Positions 9,760-22,960 of a stretch of 55,435 nucleotides of DNA are shown one piece after another (the first letter of the stretch is position 1; each line of letters opens with the position of its first letter). The notes beneath the pieces are model-generated. The model saw only the letters and a list, made by a program, of their open reading frames with translations. It searched no databases and was not told where the DNA came from. The DNA is from Gnetum montanum (taxonomy: Eukaryota; Plantae; Gnetophyta). Position numbers and translations under genes: made by a program. The stretch spans positions 1 to 55,435 of the forward strand of contig MNCI01002506.1 in NCBI GenBank assembly GCA_015680685.1. The letters run 5' to 3'.

Positions 9760-10878
9760 CGTGGATCATTAAACTTAGAAGGTTGGGGGGAAAGATGAAT
9801 AAGTTCCCCAAATCAAAACTTAACAAAATAAAGGACACACACAAATTTACATGGTTTCCCAACTTGGGTACTCCACACTTGGAGGGTAGATCACAAGCAC
9901 ACCTCTAGACTTTGTTGCTCTCAAAATATGGTTCAAGGGTCCACATCTTGTATAGTCTTCAAGCCTCGCTTTGGAGTGTTGTACCGTAACACTAGTCACT
10001 CAATCCCACAAGTTTCCATTAGGCTTGAAAATGTGGTTTCAAGGCTTCTACAACCTTTACAATCTTGAGCTTTGCATTGGAGTGTTGTACCATAGCACCA
10101 ACAACTCAATCCTACAAGATCCCAACAAACTCAAGGAACTCAACCTCATAGGTCAACAAGAACAAGAATTATAAGGAATGACTAAAACTCAATTTTTTGA
10201 TCCTTGCATAGTAAGGTACAACACACTTTACAATGCCAAATTGATAAGACAATGAAGAGAAATAAAGAATTCAATGGTTACAAATGCTTGTACAATGGAT
10301 ACAACAATGCTTTCACATTTCCCAATGCACATGAAGTCTTCATATAGCTAACATGTTGCTAAAGACTTTTCAAAACTCATGCAGCAACTAGCTAATTGTC
10401 ACTAATAGTAATGGGATACATCTTTCTTGTGCCTAAGATGCCTCTCTAAATTTGCCTTCAAATCTGGCAAGGTGCCTTTGTTTCTTGAAATACATCTTTG
10501 TGAAGTCTCCATCCTAGAAGATGTCTTTGCTCAATGGAAGATGTATTTTTGTATTTGGTTTGCATTTTGTGAAGACATCTTTATCTCATGAAAGATGTCT
10601 TTGGTTGGAGAAAGATGTCTTTTTGAATTTTCTTTGAGTTCATTCCAAATTTTCCAAGACATCTGTTGCTTCCCATAGATGTTTTTCTTTAATTTCTCTT
10701 GCATGAGTAGAGATGTCTTTCTTGACTTTCTCTTGCATGATGAATGCATCATTCCTTATTTGCAACTGTGCTTAACCCAAGTTCATGTCTTACAAGCATA
10801 ACAGTTACACACACATACAAACAAACATGTTTTCCATTTTTCTTATTATTTTGACATACCAAAACCAAAAGGTCCATA
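9760..10878 (-). repeat. Element E 3' LTR
   Basis: Matches 15265-16252 and solo LTR 27867-29170; contains an AAGATGTCTT/AAGACATCTT repeat cluster. Confidence 0.88.
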
Positions 10879-11350
10879 ATCTCCTCCTTTTTGGTAATGT
10901 TCAAAACTTAAGAAAATGGGTTAGCCTTGTCCTAATAATAATGCACAATACCTTTTTCCCTTTTTGGACATAACCAAAAATGTCAAACCTATAGATATAT
11001 ATCAATATATACACAATTATCATAAAAAATATTCTAAGAAAAGCATAAAGACATAAATTCCTATGATAGCCAAGGATTAGGATAAGAATGAAGGATCAAT
11101 GGGACATGAGGCAAGTGAAAAATGTAAAATAAATAGCAATAGACCAGATAGAGATAAATGGAAAACACTCTATCTATCCATAACCATATGTAAAATGTGT
11201 TACATCAAAATTTCCATAAGCGTCTCAAAGTATAACTATCCATAGATCAATCACATATGTGCAAAATCCCATAATTACATACATGAGAGCCACAAAATGT
11301 CTCATCCTTTTTTATCACCAAAAGGAGAGAACAAAAATATTTATAAGGTA

Positions 11351-12974
11351 TTAATTACTAACCTTAGTAGCATCCTCAAATTCAAAATCCACTACTTCTT
11401 GAGATGGACAATAAGTCTTCTCCTTATCGTCATCACTGTTGGTGCTAGGATAGTTGGATTTCCAAGTGTCCTCATCTAAGGACTCAATCNTACTGTTGGT
11501 GCTAGGATAGTTGGATTTCCAAGTGTCCTCATCTAAGGACTCAATCACTGCACTAGAGTCCACTGAGGACTAAGCTTCACTCAAAACTGAGAGGAAGCTG
11601 GTGGAGATGATAGCTACTGAAGTGGGACCCATTGGAACATGGTCATAAAGATGCTCTCCATAGCTCATTGCTTAAAAGAGCTAGGAGCATTAGTAGGAGA
11701 TGGAGTAGTAGAAGTAGGAGGAACTAGAATATTATGCTTTGGATGTTGCATGGAAGCATGGTGCTCCCCTTGAACACTAGTTGGGGGTGCCTTTGGCTTA
11801 GAATCTAACTCCATCCCTGAGTCATATGTGCGTGAGGGACCCTGCTATTGAAGAATGGTGTGGAGAAATAGGAGTACCATCCTCATTGTTAGAGATGGAA
11901 GGAGTAGTGACCTTATAAAATACCTACCCATTAGAGGAAGGAGGAATCCTAGCCTCATCTAAGCTCTTATGCAAGTAAGATAGGTTCCTCTTAAGCTTCC
12001 CAATGGCTTGGGGAATGGATCTAAATATCCTATTTATAGAAGGAAGTAATCTGAGCTTCGGAAGATTTTGATCTTCTCAACTATGATAAGGCCTCCTTTT
12101 GTTTTGGTGATTTGATGCTAGGTCTATTACTGTTGTGTGAGAAGAACTCCTCTTCTTTGGATACTCACTAGGAATTTGCTTGCCATTAAATAAAGGCAAC
12201 TTAGGAATAGGTACACCCTTCTAATGGATCAACATGCTGATGAGATAAGGGTGCCCAAGGATTCTCTCCCTAGCATAGAGACTTAAAATATCTTGGCAAA
12301 GAGTGTGCCCCATCTAATGGAAACCCTATAAGAAAAAAAATATAGTACATAACCCTAGGTTGGTAGCCAATAACTATAACTTCATTCCTTTACCATTATA
12401 TTATACAAAACAATAAGTGACAAGGTGAAGGCATCTAGAGTCATCTTTTCTGCTCAATGTGACCTTGAGAAAAATACATATCTCTTCCAAAAAATACATC
12501 ACAAAATTCATCATGAGCTATGGGCATAATACCATTTGTGTAAATGTCATGCATAGACTCTATAGTAACTCGGAAGACATTAGGATTGGAAATACCAAGA
12601 AGTGCATTAGCAATTTGAGGAGATACGTCAACAACAATCCCATCAACTATGGATGTAAAAGCCACCACAATTACATTAGAAAAAACAATGTTATAGTTGA
12701 ATTCTCTAATTAATACTTCAAGTACATGAAAATTCATAAAAATGAATGTAGTCCAATGTAAGAGCTTAAAATATTCTAATAAAGCCTATTGTCTATGTAG
12801 AGGGAAATTAAGAGAAAACTCAAAAATAATGGTGGTGGTTCTTGAAGCCTCAAACTTGTGTTGAGCACTTGTACTTCGAAATTGGGGCATGTATGAAGGC
12901 AACACACTACTAGAACTTCCTCTTGCATGTTTCTTGGATGGATTTCTAGATGTGCCAACCTTTTTGTGGGTCAT
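11351..12974 (-). pseudogene. env-like / extra ORF of element E
   Basis: Starts MTHKKVGTSRNPSKKHARGSSSS, then EVLIREFNYN (an LVREFY-like motif of plant TE extra ORFs), MTLDAFTLSLIVLYNIMVK and HPYLISMLI, ending in an acidic tail. Lies just upstream of the PPT. Confidence 0.65.
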
Positions 12975-13449
12975 CTTTGTCAAAATTGCTATGAATGATG
13001 AAGCCCTAGTTATCTCTAGGGAAGAATATGACAAAAATGGGGTTTTATCTTTTATAACCATGGGTAAACGAGGGATTTGAACAAAAAATGGGAGATTGTT
13101 TTTTTCATGTAAACATTTAGTAGATGTATTTCCTACAACAAACAAAAAACTAGAGAGACATCATTGTCCTGCCAAAGATGTCTTGGTAGAAACATCTTTC
13201 ACTTTGGAAAGATGTCTTTCTTCAAAAGTCAAAATGAGATTTTGGAAGGATTCCATTGGTTTATAGTCTTAATTAAACCTTGGAAACAAAAATAAAAACT
13301 TACCTCTACCTACCTATCATGCTATTAGAAGATGATGATGTCTAAAGAGCTAAGGAATGTGTTTCCTCTTTTGAGGAATCTCCTTTGAACTAAACTTTCC
13401 CAATGGCCAATGCATGACTTCTTCTTACAAATTTGTTAAGGAACGTGTG

Positions 13450-14528
13450 CTGATGCCCTTGGTCATATTTAATTCTCCATTCACTTTTGATAGCCTTGGT
13501 CCTTTTGGTTGACTTCCAATATTCTTTGTGATCCTACATAAAACCCTTTCTAGATCCAATTTGATAAAGCCAAGGAGTCTTGTGATATGTTCATGTACTC
13601 ATATGATAAAACTTTAGATTGCACTCCCTTTGTTTATGCCCAATATTGTTACAATAATAGCATCTAATTCTCCTCTTGGAAAAATAACTAGAAGGATCAA
13701 ACCTTTGAGGAGTGTTATGTTGGATAGAACTTTCCCTTAATGTAGAGTCCTTGTTCTTTGATGGTTCCTTTAGATGAGATGAAGGTTCCTCTTCCTAGTG
13801 GAAACATCCAAGTCCACTTTTGTCTTGTGGGCTTCTTCCTTGTTCAAGTATGATCTAAAGGAACTCCTTTCCCTTCATTAATCATTCATTTAATAGTTTA
13901 ACATTTGCAACTTCCACTTTATCATGTTCTAAAGATAAGGTTAGCTTCTCATTCTCAGCCTTTAGGTATGAGAGTTGTTTATCAAGATAGAAAATATTAA
14001 AATTTAACAAAGATATTTCATATTCTTTAGAATTAACTTGTTTATTTAATTTATTACAAAGATTTTAAAAATTCAAAAGTTCTTTACATAGTAAATCATA
14101 CCTTTCATCATCATTTAGTTCATAACGTGATGAATCACCATTAGTGAGGGCCATGTAGATGAGATGAGAATTTTTTGCATATTCTTGCACTTCTTCTTCA
14201 CTCTATTCCCCATCATCAAAAATTGTATAGAAGTTGGTTTTCTTTTCTTCTTTAAGGGATTTGTTCTTGTATTGCACCTTGAGGCTACTAGGACATTTGA
14301 AGGCTAGATGATGACTACCTTCACACATCCAACATTCTATAGAAGAAAAATTTAAGTAAGAGTTCAAAAAGTTCTTACCCCCTTCTTTACCTTTAGGTTT
14401 ATTGAGTCTTTGCAAATATGTTCCTTTGTTCTTCCTAGTAATTAGTCATTGAAGCTTCCTGCTGAGAAGGCAATCTCCTCTTCACTACCCTCATCATGCT
14501 CATTGACCTCCTTCTCCTTGGAGGTAGT
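13450..14528 (-). pseudogene. Element E gag, C-terminal part (runs into the N gap)
   Basis: Two CCHC-type knuckles, an acidic tract and a coiled-coil region, as in SIRE gag. Confidence 0.7.
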
Positions 14529-15264
14529 NNNNNNNNNNNNNNNNNNNNNNNNNNNNNNNNNNNNNNNNNNNNNNNNNNNNNNNNNNNNNNNNNNNNNNNN
14601 NNNNNNNNNNNNNNNNNNNNNNNNNNNNNNNNNNNNNNNNNNNNNNNNNNNNNNNNNNNNNNNNNNNNNNNNNNNNNNNNNNNNNNNNNNNNNNNNNNNN
14701 NNNNNNNNNNNNNNNNNNNNNNNNNNNNNNNNNNNNNNNNNNNNNNNNNNNNNNNNNNNNNNNNNNNNNNNNNNNNNNNNNNNNNNNNNNNNNNNNNNNN
14801 NNNNNNNNNNNNNNNNNNNNNNNNNNNNNNNNNNNNNNNNNNNNNNNNNNNNNNNNNNNNNNNNNNNNNNNNNNNNNNNNNNNNNNNNNNNNNNNNNNNN
14901 NNNNNNNNNNNNNNNNNNNNNNNNNNNNNNNNNNNNNNNNNNNNNNNNNNNNNNNNNNNNNNNNNNNNNNNNNNNNNNNNNNNNNNNNNNNNNNNNNNNN
15001 NNNNNNNNNNNNNNNNNNNNNNNNNNNNNNNNNNNNNNNNNNNNNNNNNNNNNNNNNNNNNNNNNNNNNNNNNNNNNNNNNNNNNNNNNNNNNNNNNNNN
15101 NNNNNNNNNNNNNNNNNNNNNNNNNNNNNNNNNNNNNNNNNNNNNNNNNNNNNNNNNNNNNNNNNNNNNNNNNNNNNNNNNNNNNNNNNNNNNNNNNNNN
15201 NNNNNNNNNNNNNNNNNNNNNNNNNNNNNNNNNNNNNNNNNNNNNNNNNNNNNNNNNNNNNNNN
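14529..15264. other. Assembly gap (N run)
   Basis: Run of N. Confidence 1.
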
Positions 15265-16252
15265 ACTTTGTTCCTCTCAAAATGTGGTTGAAGGATCCAC
15301 ATCCTATACAGTCTTCAAGCCCTACTCCAGAGTGTTGTACTACAGCACCAATCACTCAACCCTGCAAGATCTCATTAGGCTTGAAAATGTGATTTCAAGG
15401 CTTCCAAAACCTTTACAATCTTGAGCTCTACACCAAAGTGTTGTACTGCAACACCAAGAACTCAATCTTGTAGGATCTTGACAAGCTCAAGGAACTCAAC
15501 CTCATAGGGAAACAAGAAAAAAAATTACAAGGAATGATTGCAACTAAATTTTCTAATCCTTGCAAAGTTAGGTACAACATAAATTATAGTGCCAAAATGA
15601 TAAGACAATGAAGAGCAACAGAGAATTCAATCATTACAAATGATTGTACAATAAATACAATAATGCTTGCACATTTCTCCATGCACATGAAGTTTGCTTA
15701 TAGCTACCATGTTGCTAAATCCTTTTCAAAACTCATGCAACAACTAGCTAATGATCACTAATGATTGCTGGGGATGTATTTATTATGCTTGAGATGCCTC
15801 TCTAAATTTTCCTTCAAATATGAGAAAACATCTTTGTTTCTTGAAAGACATCTTTCTAAAGTCTCCATACTAGAAGATGTCTTTGCTCAATACAAGAGAT
15901 CTTACTATATTTGATCTGCATTCTGTAAAGACATCTTTTTCTTATGAAAGATGTCTTTGATGGGGAAATACATCTTGTTGTTTTTGAAGATGTATTTTTC
16001 AATTTTCTCTAAGTTCATCCTAAATTTGCCAAGATGTCTACTACTTCCTAGAGACGCCTTTCTTTACTTTCTCTTGCATGATTAGAGATGCCTTTCTTAT
16101 CTTTCTCTTGCATGATGAATGCATTTTTCTTGTCCATAACCATGCTCAATCCAAGTTCTTGTCCTAAAAGCACAATGACTACACACACATACAAACAAAC
16201 TTGTTTTCCATTTTTCTTAACATTTTGACATACCAAAACCAAAAGGTCCACA
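15265..16252 (-). repeat. Element E 5' LTR (visible part)
   Basis: Colinear with 9909-10878; ends GGTCCACA followed by TSD ATACC. Confidence 0.88.
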
Positions 16253-16443
16253 ATACCTATCTTAATGTATAGGTAATAATAAGAAGTGAATTAAAGGTCT
16301 ACCAATCACCAATTACCAGTCCTAGACAAGGTTACACTATGCGCAACTTATATTATTAGTTATCCAAGTAAAGGTAGGCAAAATTATTATTCCTATATCA
16401 TGTTACACATGGATATTTTTACTTAGCTAGTTTATAATGTAAA

Positions 16444-16606
16444 AAAAAGTATCATCATTGGAAGCCATAATGCTTATCCTACTAGGTGAGGTCCTAGGAG
16501 GATTAGTTGATGAGCAAGAGCCTAACATCTTTGAATGGTTGTGGTTAGACTTGAACCTAGGTCTTTGAGATGAGAAATAAGAACCTTACCATCATTTCAA
16601 ATGATG
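16444..16606 (-). mobile_element. Possible tRNA-derived SINE-like insertion
   Basis: The minus strand has TGGTAAGG ... GGTTCAAGTC (A/B-box-like spacing). Flanked by near-direct repeats GTTTATAATGTAAA / GTTTATAATATAAA. Confidence 0.4.
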
Positions 16607-19600
16607 GTTTATAATATAAATTAAATAAATATAGAAGATAAAAAATAAAAAATAGAAGTAAATTAAGAAAAATTCCTAATTTTTATTAACCCTTGGGACC
16701 AACGATGTATTTTTAGTTCTAAGATGGGCTATATGATTAGATGACCTTGTTTTAAATGAAAAGGCTTGATCTTGCTTCAAAACGTCTTTATTAGGAACTA
16801 ACTCTAGCATCCTGATAACTTAGAAGAATTAAGTATCATACCAAATTTAATTTAACATGTCTATAAAGAAAGATGTTAACATATCTTCAATAATCTGAAA
16901 ACATAATCAGTGAATCATGGTTATTGATGAATACTATCCATTAACATCATCTATTCTTAAATCTAGGGATTCAATTTATGTATTGAAGATTCAAAGTAAG
17001 TAGAGTATATAGTGGCCAATAGAACAATATGATGGATTGAGGAAAATTTATTCTTTAAATTGGACTCCTCTTCTAAAGAATTACACATCCATATGTTAGG
17101 AATTAATGAATACCAGTTCTCCTAGCTTTCATTGTGAAGTCTCCATAGAAGATGAATGACACTAGAACAAGGTTGGTATAAATTAGAAATAACTTGTACT
17201 TCAAGATTTTCTAGATTTGTTTAATCAAGTAAGATGCTTAATAATATCTAATATTTTAGCATGTTGGGTTAGCAATCAAATTTTTGTTGATCGTACATAC
17301 ACATATTTCTAATGTTTACATTTTAAGTACTAATGCCAAGGCTATGTGGCTTCTTTGGAATCTTGATCGTTCTTTATTTTCCATCACTTGAAGTTTTGAA
17401 GGTTGAAAAATCATATCATCTAATCTTCATTCAAACCTTTTTGTTATCTTGACCTTATTTTCTTTCTAGAAAATTATGCAACCATTCATATTATGGTTCT
17501 TGTAGTAGGCTAATTTGTATTACTTCAAGGAAGAACCATTACAAGAACCTTTTTTCTTATAGATACACTCATATTTAAATTTTCCTAGATTGGATTGAAA
17601 TTAGTATAATAACTCACAAGGTAGGACTTCTTATATACATAATACATCAACATTCAAATCTTGTAATTTTGCAAGGATGCATGGGTATTGGTATGCATGG
17701 TAGTATAAAGCCCAAGGTGGATATAGCATGTGTTATCTTTCATTAGCTTGGGATCTCACAAGAACATTGTATGTTGTGATCTTTAGACTCATTTTTTATT
17801 CTTTCTTAACTTATTTTTCTTATGACTATCATACACATTGTTAGGATAAGGTTATAATTCTCCATGATGGTCAATGCTTGCTACATGATTTGGTTGCTTA
17901 TTAGATTGTTGTAAATCTTCCTTATATTTTGATTTATCAATAGACTCTTCAACAGCTTGATTCATTGTGTTGGGAATTGTTTGGCTATATTTCCTAGGCT
18001 CTTAATGATCTTTCAAACACACTTAGAATACCAACTCTCATAGTGTAACTAATTACTAATAAGGAGTTAGTGGGCTAGGCCTAACTCTATGTAGAACTTA
18101 GTTGCCTAATTGTAAGACTTGAGATTATCATAAAAGGATAAAATTATTAGTCCTTACCATTAGATTATTAGACATGATAGTTGATCTAGATTATGATCCT
18201 ACTAAAGTATGATTTAAACTATCACCTAATTACTAGCTTCCCAAATGACTAATCTAACATTACCATGAGTTTTAGAAGGTTGAAAAATATTAGAAACAAC
18301 TATTTATGTCATAAAAATGAACATTGGATGTCTAAGTTATGCTAAATTTAATACCTAAAACTATTAAAATATAATTTAAGGGAGGAGACTAAAAATTAAT
18401 TTTTGGAGTTTTATAAGAAAAATATAAATTTAGCATTGCATTTACTAGGTTGAAATCTACTAGAAATAACTATGTTTTTGTTGGAAAAGGATTTTGGAAC
18501 TAGAATTTATGGCTATTTTTTCCATAAGGTTTAGGAATAAATTTTGAGACTTTCTAAAAGCTTCCTAAGAGGTTACCCATCCTAGTACTACTCTAGAACT
18601 AGTATGCTTAATTACAAATTTTTTATGTCAGCTACTAGCAGTCAACTAGTTTGACCTAGCTGGTCAAATTTAGTCACAACTTGACAATTAAATTTTAATT
18701 TTCCTACCTAGGGAGGTATAGACATCTAGTATTTATGAGTACTATGGAAGTTAGGAACTTGTAATTTTGCTAATGTTTGTAAGAAATAGGGAAGGTAGGA
18801 ACCTATAGTATTATCAATGTCCATGAACATCATAAGTCCATACCTTTGAAGGAGGTGGTAGACATTGTAGAGGTAAAATTTTCACTAGAACTAGAAAAAT
18901 TGGTGACCTAGGAAATGTAGGATATGAGGCTACAAATATTAGATGTGATGGTAGGCGAGGATGCAATAGTAAGGTGTATAAATGATGGCAAGTAAGTTTG
19001 TGGTGAAAGATAGAAAGTGGTGGGTAGAGGATCTATTGTGTGACCTATCTAAGGACTTGCATAGCTCAAGAAAAAGTCCACATGACCCATGTAAGAGCTT
19101 ATAGGGCATTGCATAAGCTAGTTGATCATACATAGGTCTACATAGCCTCTAACAAGGTAGCATGATCTTGTACAATCATTAATTTTATATGGATGGCCTT
19201 GGCTATATGGTTGTAAGCATAAGAGCATTAACCATGAAGATTTGAAGGGAATGGAAGCCTAATGATGTGATCCATGTAGACAAATAACATAGAGTTTCTT
19301 CAAATACTATTGTTGGAAAAGTTTAGCATAGTAGAATTATAATGTTTATATTGGATAGTCATATTGCTTTGGAGGCAGGGAGGTGGTGGGATAAGAGGGG
19401 AGGGAAGGGATGTAGGGAGGGAAAGAGAGGAAGGGTGGAGAAGGGAGGGGATGAGGACATAGTTTATGGCAATCTCAAGTTGTGCTTGTGTCCTATGGCC
19501 TTTAGCCAAGCTTACATGGCCTATCCTAGCATGGGGCTGTAGCGCCCTACATGGGCCAATGTAGCTTCTCGTGGGCCTAAATAACCATGATTTCTTTTTA

Positions 19601-21294
19601 TGAGATGTAGGCTACAAGATGTAAGTGTAGATAAAGGAGCAGTAGATTGACAAGCGTGTTGGTTGGGATGGAAGAAAAAGAGGATGACATGTAATATGAA
19701 AGTGTTTCAACCATGAGAGCTAGTAGGAGGTACCATNTTGTTGGTTGGGATGGAAGAAAAAGAGGATGACATGTAATATGAAAGTGTTTCAACCATGGGA
19801 GCTAGTAGGAGGTACCATGAATTATCATATAGTTTTTGGTTATTCTTAACAGTTNAATTGCAATGGAGTTATAGGGCAAGCACTAGCATAGGTTGCACTT
19901 ATTCTGCATAGCTCACTATGCAAGGTCATGGGTGGGTATTATGCTTCAACATATTCTAGTTACATCTTATAGCACAAATAGGCGTCATCATGCACAACAT
20001 TACTCTTCTTTTTTGTATATTGTATTTTTTTAATAAAATAAAATTATATATAGGGTATGACATCCTAACTTAGCACAAGCTAAGGTTTCATTGAGATGGC
20101 TAGCTAAAAAGATATTAAGAGTTGTGTTTTAATATGGATGTCATGAGTTTTAACTCCTAGGTACCTTAAGTTGGCTTTTGAAACTTAGGAATTATTATTA
20201 TTATTTCTAAAATTTAGCATATTTTCCAAAAAAATTAAATCTATAATATCTCACAAACCATGCATTAGATTGAAATGAAATTAATATAGTTGGATTCATC
20301 TTGGCAAGCATTGCATGTTGGACATAGTCTCAAGACCTAAAAAATAAGTTAAACATTNAATTCATCTTGGCAAGCATTGCATGTTGGACATAGTCTCAAG
20401 ACCTAAAAAATAATTTAAACATTCATGGTTTTAAAATACTAAAATTTACTATTTTGCTAACTTGGCCTTAATAAGCTAATGTGTATATGACATAGGGGCT
20501 TCTAACTGAAGTTTGATTACAAATGATTTTGAATCTGAAACAAGAATTTATCATATATATCTTTATAATTTCATCAAAGGTGTGATGTAGGCCTAGCCTT
20601 CTACATTATGACTATATGCTAGAAAGGTACTAAGGATTATCAAGCTTAGTTTGCCTAACTCTAAGGAGAAGCTTAGCAATGTAAAGGACCTTGTTATTGT
20701 CTAATAAGTATTGTTTTTCCAATCAAATCCTTGTTAATGATCCTTATTAAATAAATAGTGATGGGGAAATCTTATGTCTAGCTTCACTTTCTTAAGTTCA
20801 CTAATGATTAGAATCTAGATAAGGGTATATAATATTGGATTTTTGGGATTTGGGTGTTTTACGGATGATAGAACTTAATAACAAGGTAATGTCCCATAAG
20901 ACTTGGTTTTGGGTTGTTACCATTATGTAAAAAATACAAAGGATTATTTCATTACTTTTCTAAGTTGGGAGCTAGTAGTTTTAGATCTTAGACAACTAAG
21001 AAAAAAGTTATCATTATTAAGAAATGGATAAGAGTTACTTTGACTAAAGTTCCTCTTGTTTTGTTACAATATTTTGTAATTAATATACCTTATTGATGTA
21101 TAGATAGATCCCATCAAATTCTTATCATTGATAACCATGGAACTTGCTAAAAAGAAATCTTCTTAATTGGCATGATTCATTTTGGACATGATGCACATTT
21201 GATGATGGTTCATGATTCACCCTAGATTTTGGTACATGGTTCATCATTAGATTGTAGTTGATTTTTTATTCTAATTATTTCTAGATCATGGTTT

Positions 21295-21306
21295 GCTCTC
21301 ATACCA
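21295..21306 (-). promoter_or_regulatory. PBS (tRNA-iMet) of element D
   Basis: Minus strand TGGTATGAGAGC adjacent to the LTR at 21309. Confidence 0.75.
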
Positions 21307-21308
21307 AT

Positions 21309-21802
21309 TCTAGCATCATATTTCTAGATGTCATGATTAATATCAAATATACATGACATTTAAATTCATGCATAATGGATGCAATAGGGAAAACACAAAA
21401 AAAAAATAGAAAGGAATTTTATTAGTGCAAAAATGATTTATTTGGGTTATGCTCTAAGGGTTTCTTGGTATTATCTTCCTTTGAAATCTATCTCTTAGAA
21501 GCAATCTAGCAATGCCACCATGGTTAGGTCTGTACTTGGTTAGATGGAATTATTAGTTATTTTCTTGTTCCACTTTACTTAGAACTTGTTGCTTGCTTTT
21601 AATAGCTCCACAACTCCATGCTAATATAACCTCTAATTTTAAAGTATAAATACCTTAGGCCATATCCTTAAAGGTCACTTCAAGAGTCATGGTTGTTATT
21701 ACAATATATCCTTTTAGATCATATGATAATAATTACATCATTTGTTAGAAGAAAACATATCTTAGATACATAACAATTCCATTTGGAAATGTGGATGTGA
21801 CA
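21309..21802 (-). repeat. Element D 5' LTR
   Basis: Homologous to 9053-9546; ends GATGTGACA on the plus strand. Confidence 0.8.
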
Positions 21803-21806
21803 ATGC

Positions 21807-22960
21807 CATGTCAAAGGTAAGATGTTTTGACACTTTAAAATTTGAGAAACTTAAAAGTTCTCTTACCACTAATGAAATGGCTTTATTTAAGGAAGGAGTG
21901 CTTAGGGATGATTCTATTTTCCTCTCCTTAAAACATTTAGTAGGTAATAAAAAAAATCCACAAAGTGAGACTCCTTATATAGTGTTAATGATAATCTTAA
22001 TGATTTGAAGCTAGAACTACTTACTAGAAGAGTTAGAAGGATGATCGTAGAAAGAGAAAGAATAAGAAATATAAAAACCAAGAGGTAATTCCTTTAGTAA
22101 GGTATCAAGGCTTACTTCTTCTATATATATCATGAATATTATTTGTTGGGTATGCAATTGATGAGGACATCTTGCCTCAAAATGTTCAAGTGTCAAAATG
22201 TTGTAGGATGAAGCTAAACTAAAGAACAAGGAAAAGCCCTTATTAGCACATGGGATTAAGAAGAAAAACTTAGTGAGATAAAAATGGAGAAAAATAACAC
22301 TTCTAGTACTCACTTTGCATGCATGACTATAGCCTCCTCACAATAAGAAGATGATGACAATTCAAGTGATGAAGAAGAGTTAGGAAACATTGAAGAAAGA
22401 TATAAATGTCTTAAGAAAAATTTAAAAAATTACAATAGATATATCTTAGGATTTAAAAAAACTACACTAATGTAAATTAGAGTATAAAAATAAGAGAAAA
22501 TCAAGTGTAATTATGACAAGTGAAGTCATAACCCTTAAGAATAAGGTTGGTAAGCTAATAGCTTTGAATGAGTCTTTGAAGTTAAAGGACCATAAAGAAG
22601 AAGAGCTAAGAGGAATCAATGTTTAACTCTTAATGAAAAACACCCTACTTAGAAAAGTAGTTGAGTTGGTTATGCACTTGTTGTTAAAGTATCTCTAGTA
22701 TGATATTGCAAGTTTAGTTGTTAGTNTTTTGTTAAAGTATCTCTAGTATGATATTGCAAGTTTAGTTGTTAGTTGTGCATACAATTGATAATTCAACTAG
22801 TAATGTCATTCAATGTTAGAAAAGAGGTTGATGAGTTACATTAAAAACTCAATCATGAGAAATAAGTGGTAAAATAATTTTCTCTAGGTAAAACATCACT
22901 TGATTAGATACTTTAACAAGGAAGAAGTTTGAATAATAAGAGATGACTAGGACATAGTTA
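21807..22960 (+). pseudogene. Element C gag, central part
   Basis: MSKVRCFDTLKFEKLKSSLTTNEM resembles AIEEAKDLSTLKVDELIGSLQTFEM. Knuckle ICWVCNxxGHLASKC at ~22141-22185, then a coiled coil and a GLG-like motif at ~22945. Confidence 0.75.

Larger units (their letters stand above)
9760..16252 (-). mobile_element. Element E: SIRE-like Ty1/copia with gag and env-like ORF, lacking pol; TSD ATACC
   Basis: ATACC at 9755-9759 and 16253-16257. LTR 9760-10878 matches 15265-16252. PPT AAAAGGAGGAGAT (minus) at 10879-10891. Gag zinc knuckles CWMCEGSHHLAFKC and CYYCNNIGHKQREC. Confidence 0.88.
9053..21802 (-). mobile_element. Element D: decayed LTR retrotransposon with ~500-bp LTRs (probably Ty3/gypsy) inserted in the gag of C
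   Basis: Similar LTRs at 9053-9546 and 21309-21802; reverse PBS at 21295-21306; PPT-like AAGGGAAG next to the left LTR. The C gag frame continues across the insertion (KYKVKNF|xMSKVRCFDTLK). The interior is heavily decayed and contains nested insertions. Confidence 0.75.

Noticed and set aside
10430-10725. Spaced AAGATGTCTT repeats as a CRISPR-like array
   Set aside because: The repeats are ~10 nt, irregularly spaced and reproduced in all three E-family LTRs of a plant retrotransposon; there are no cas genes.
14435-15392. Long ORFs in the ORF track (also 37725-38679)
   Set aside because: They are open only because they cross N runs.
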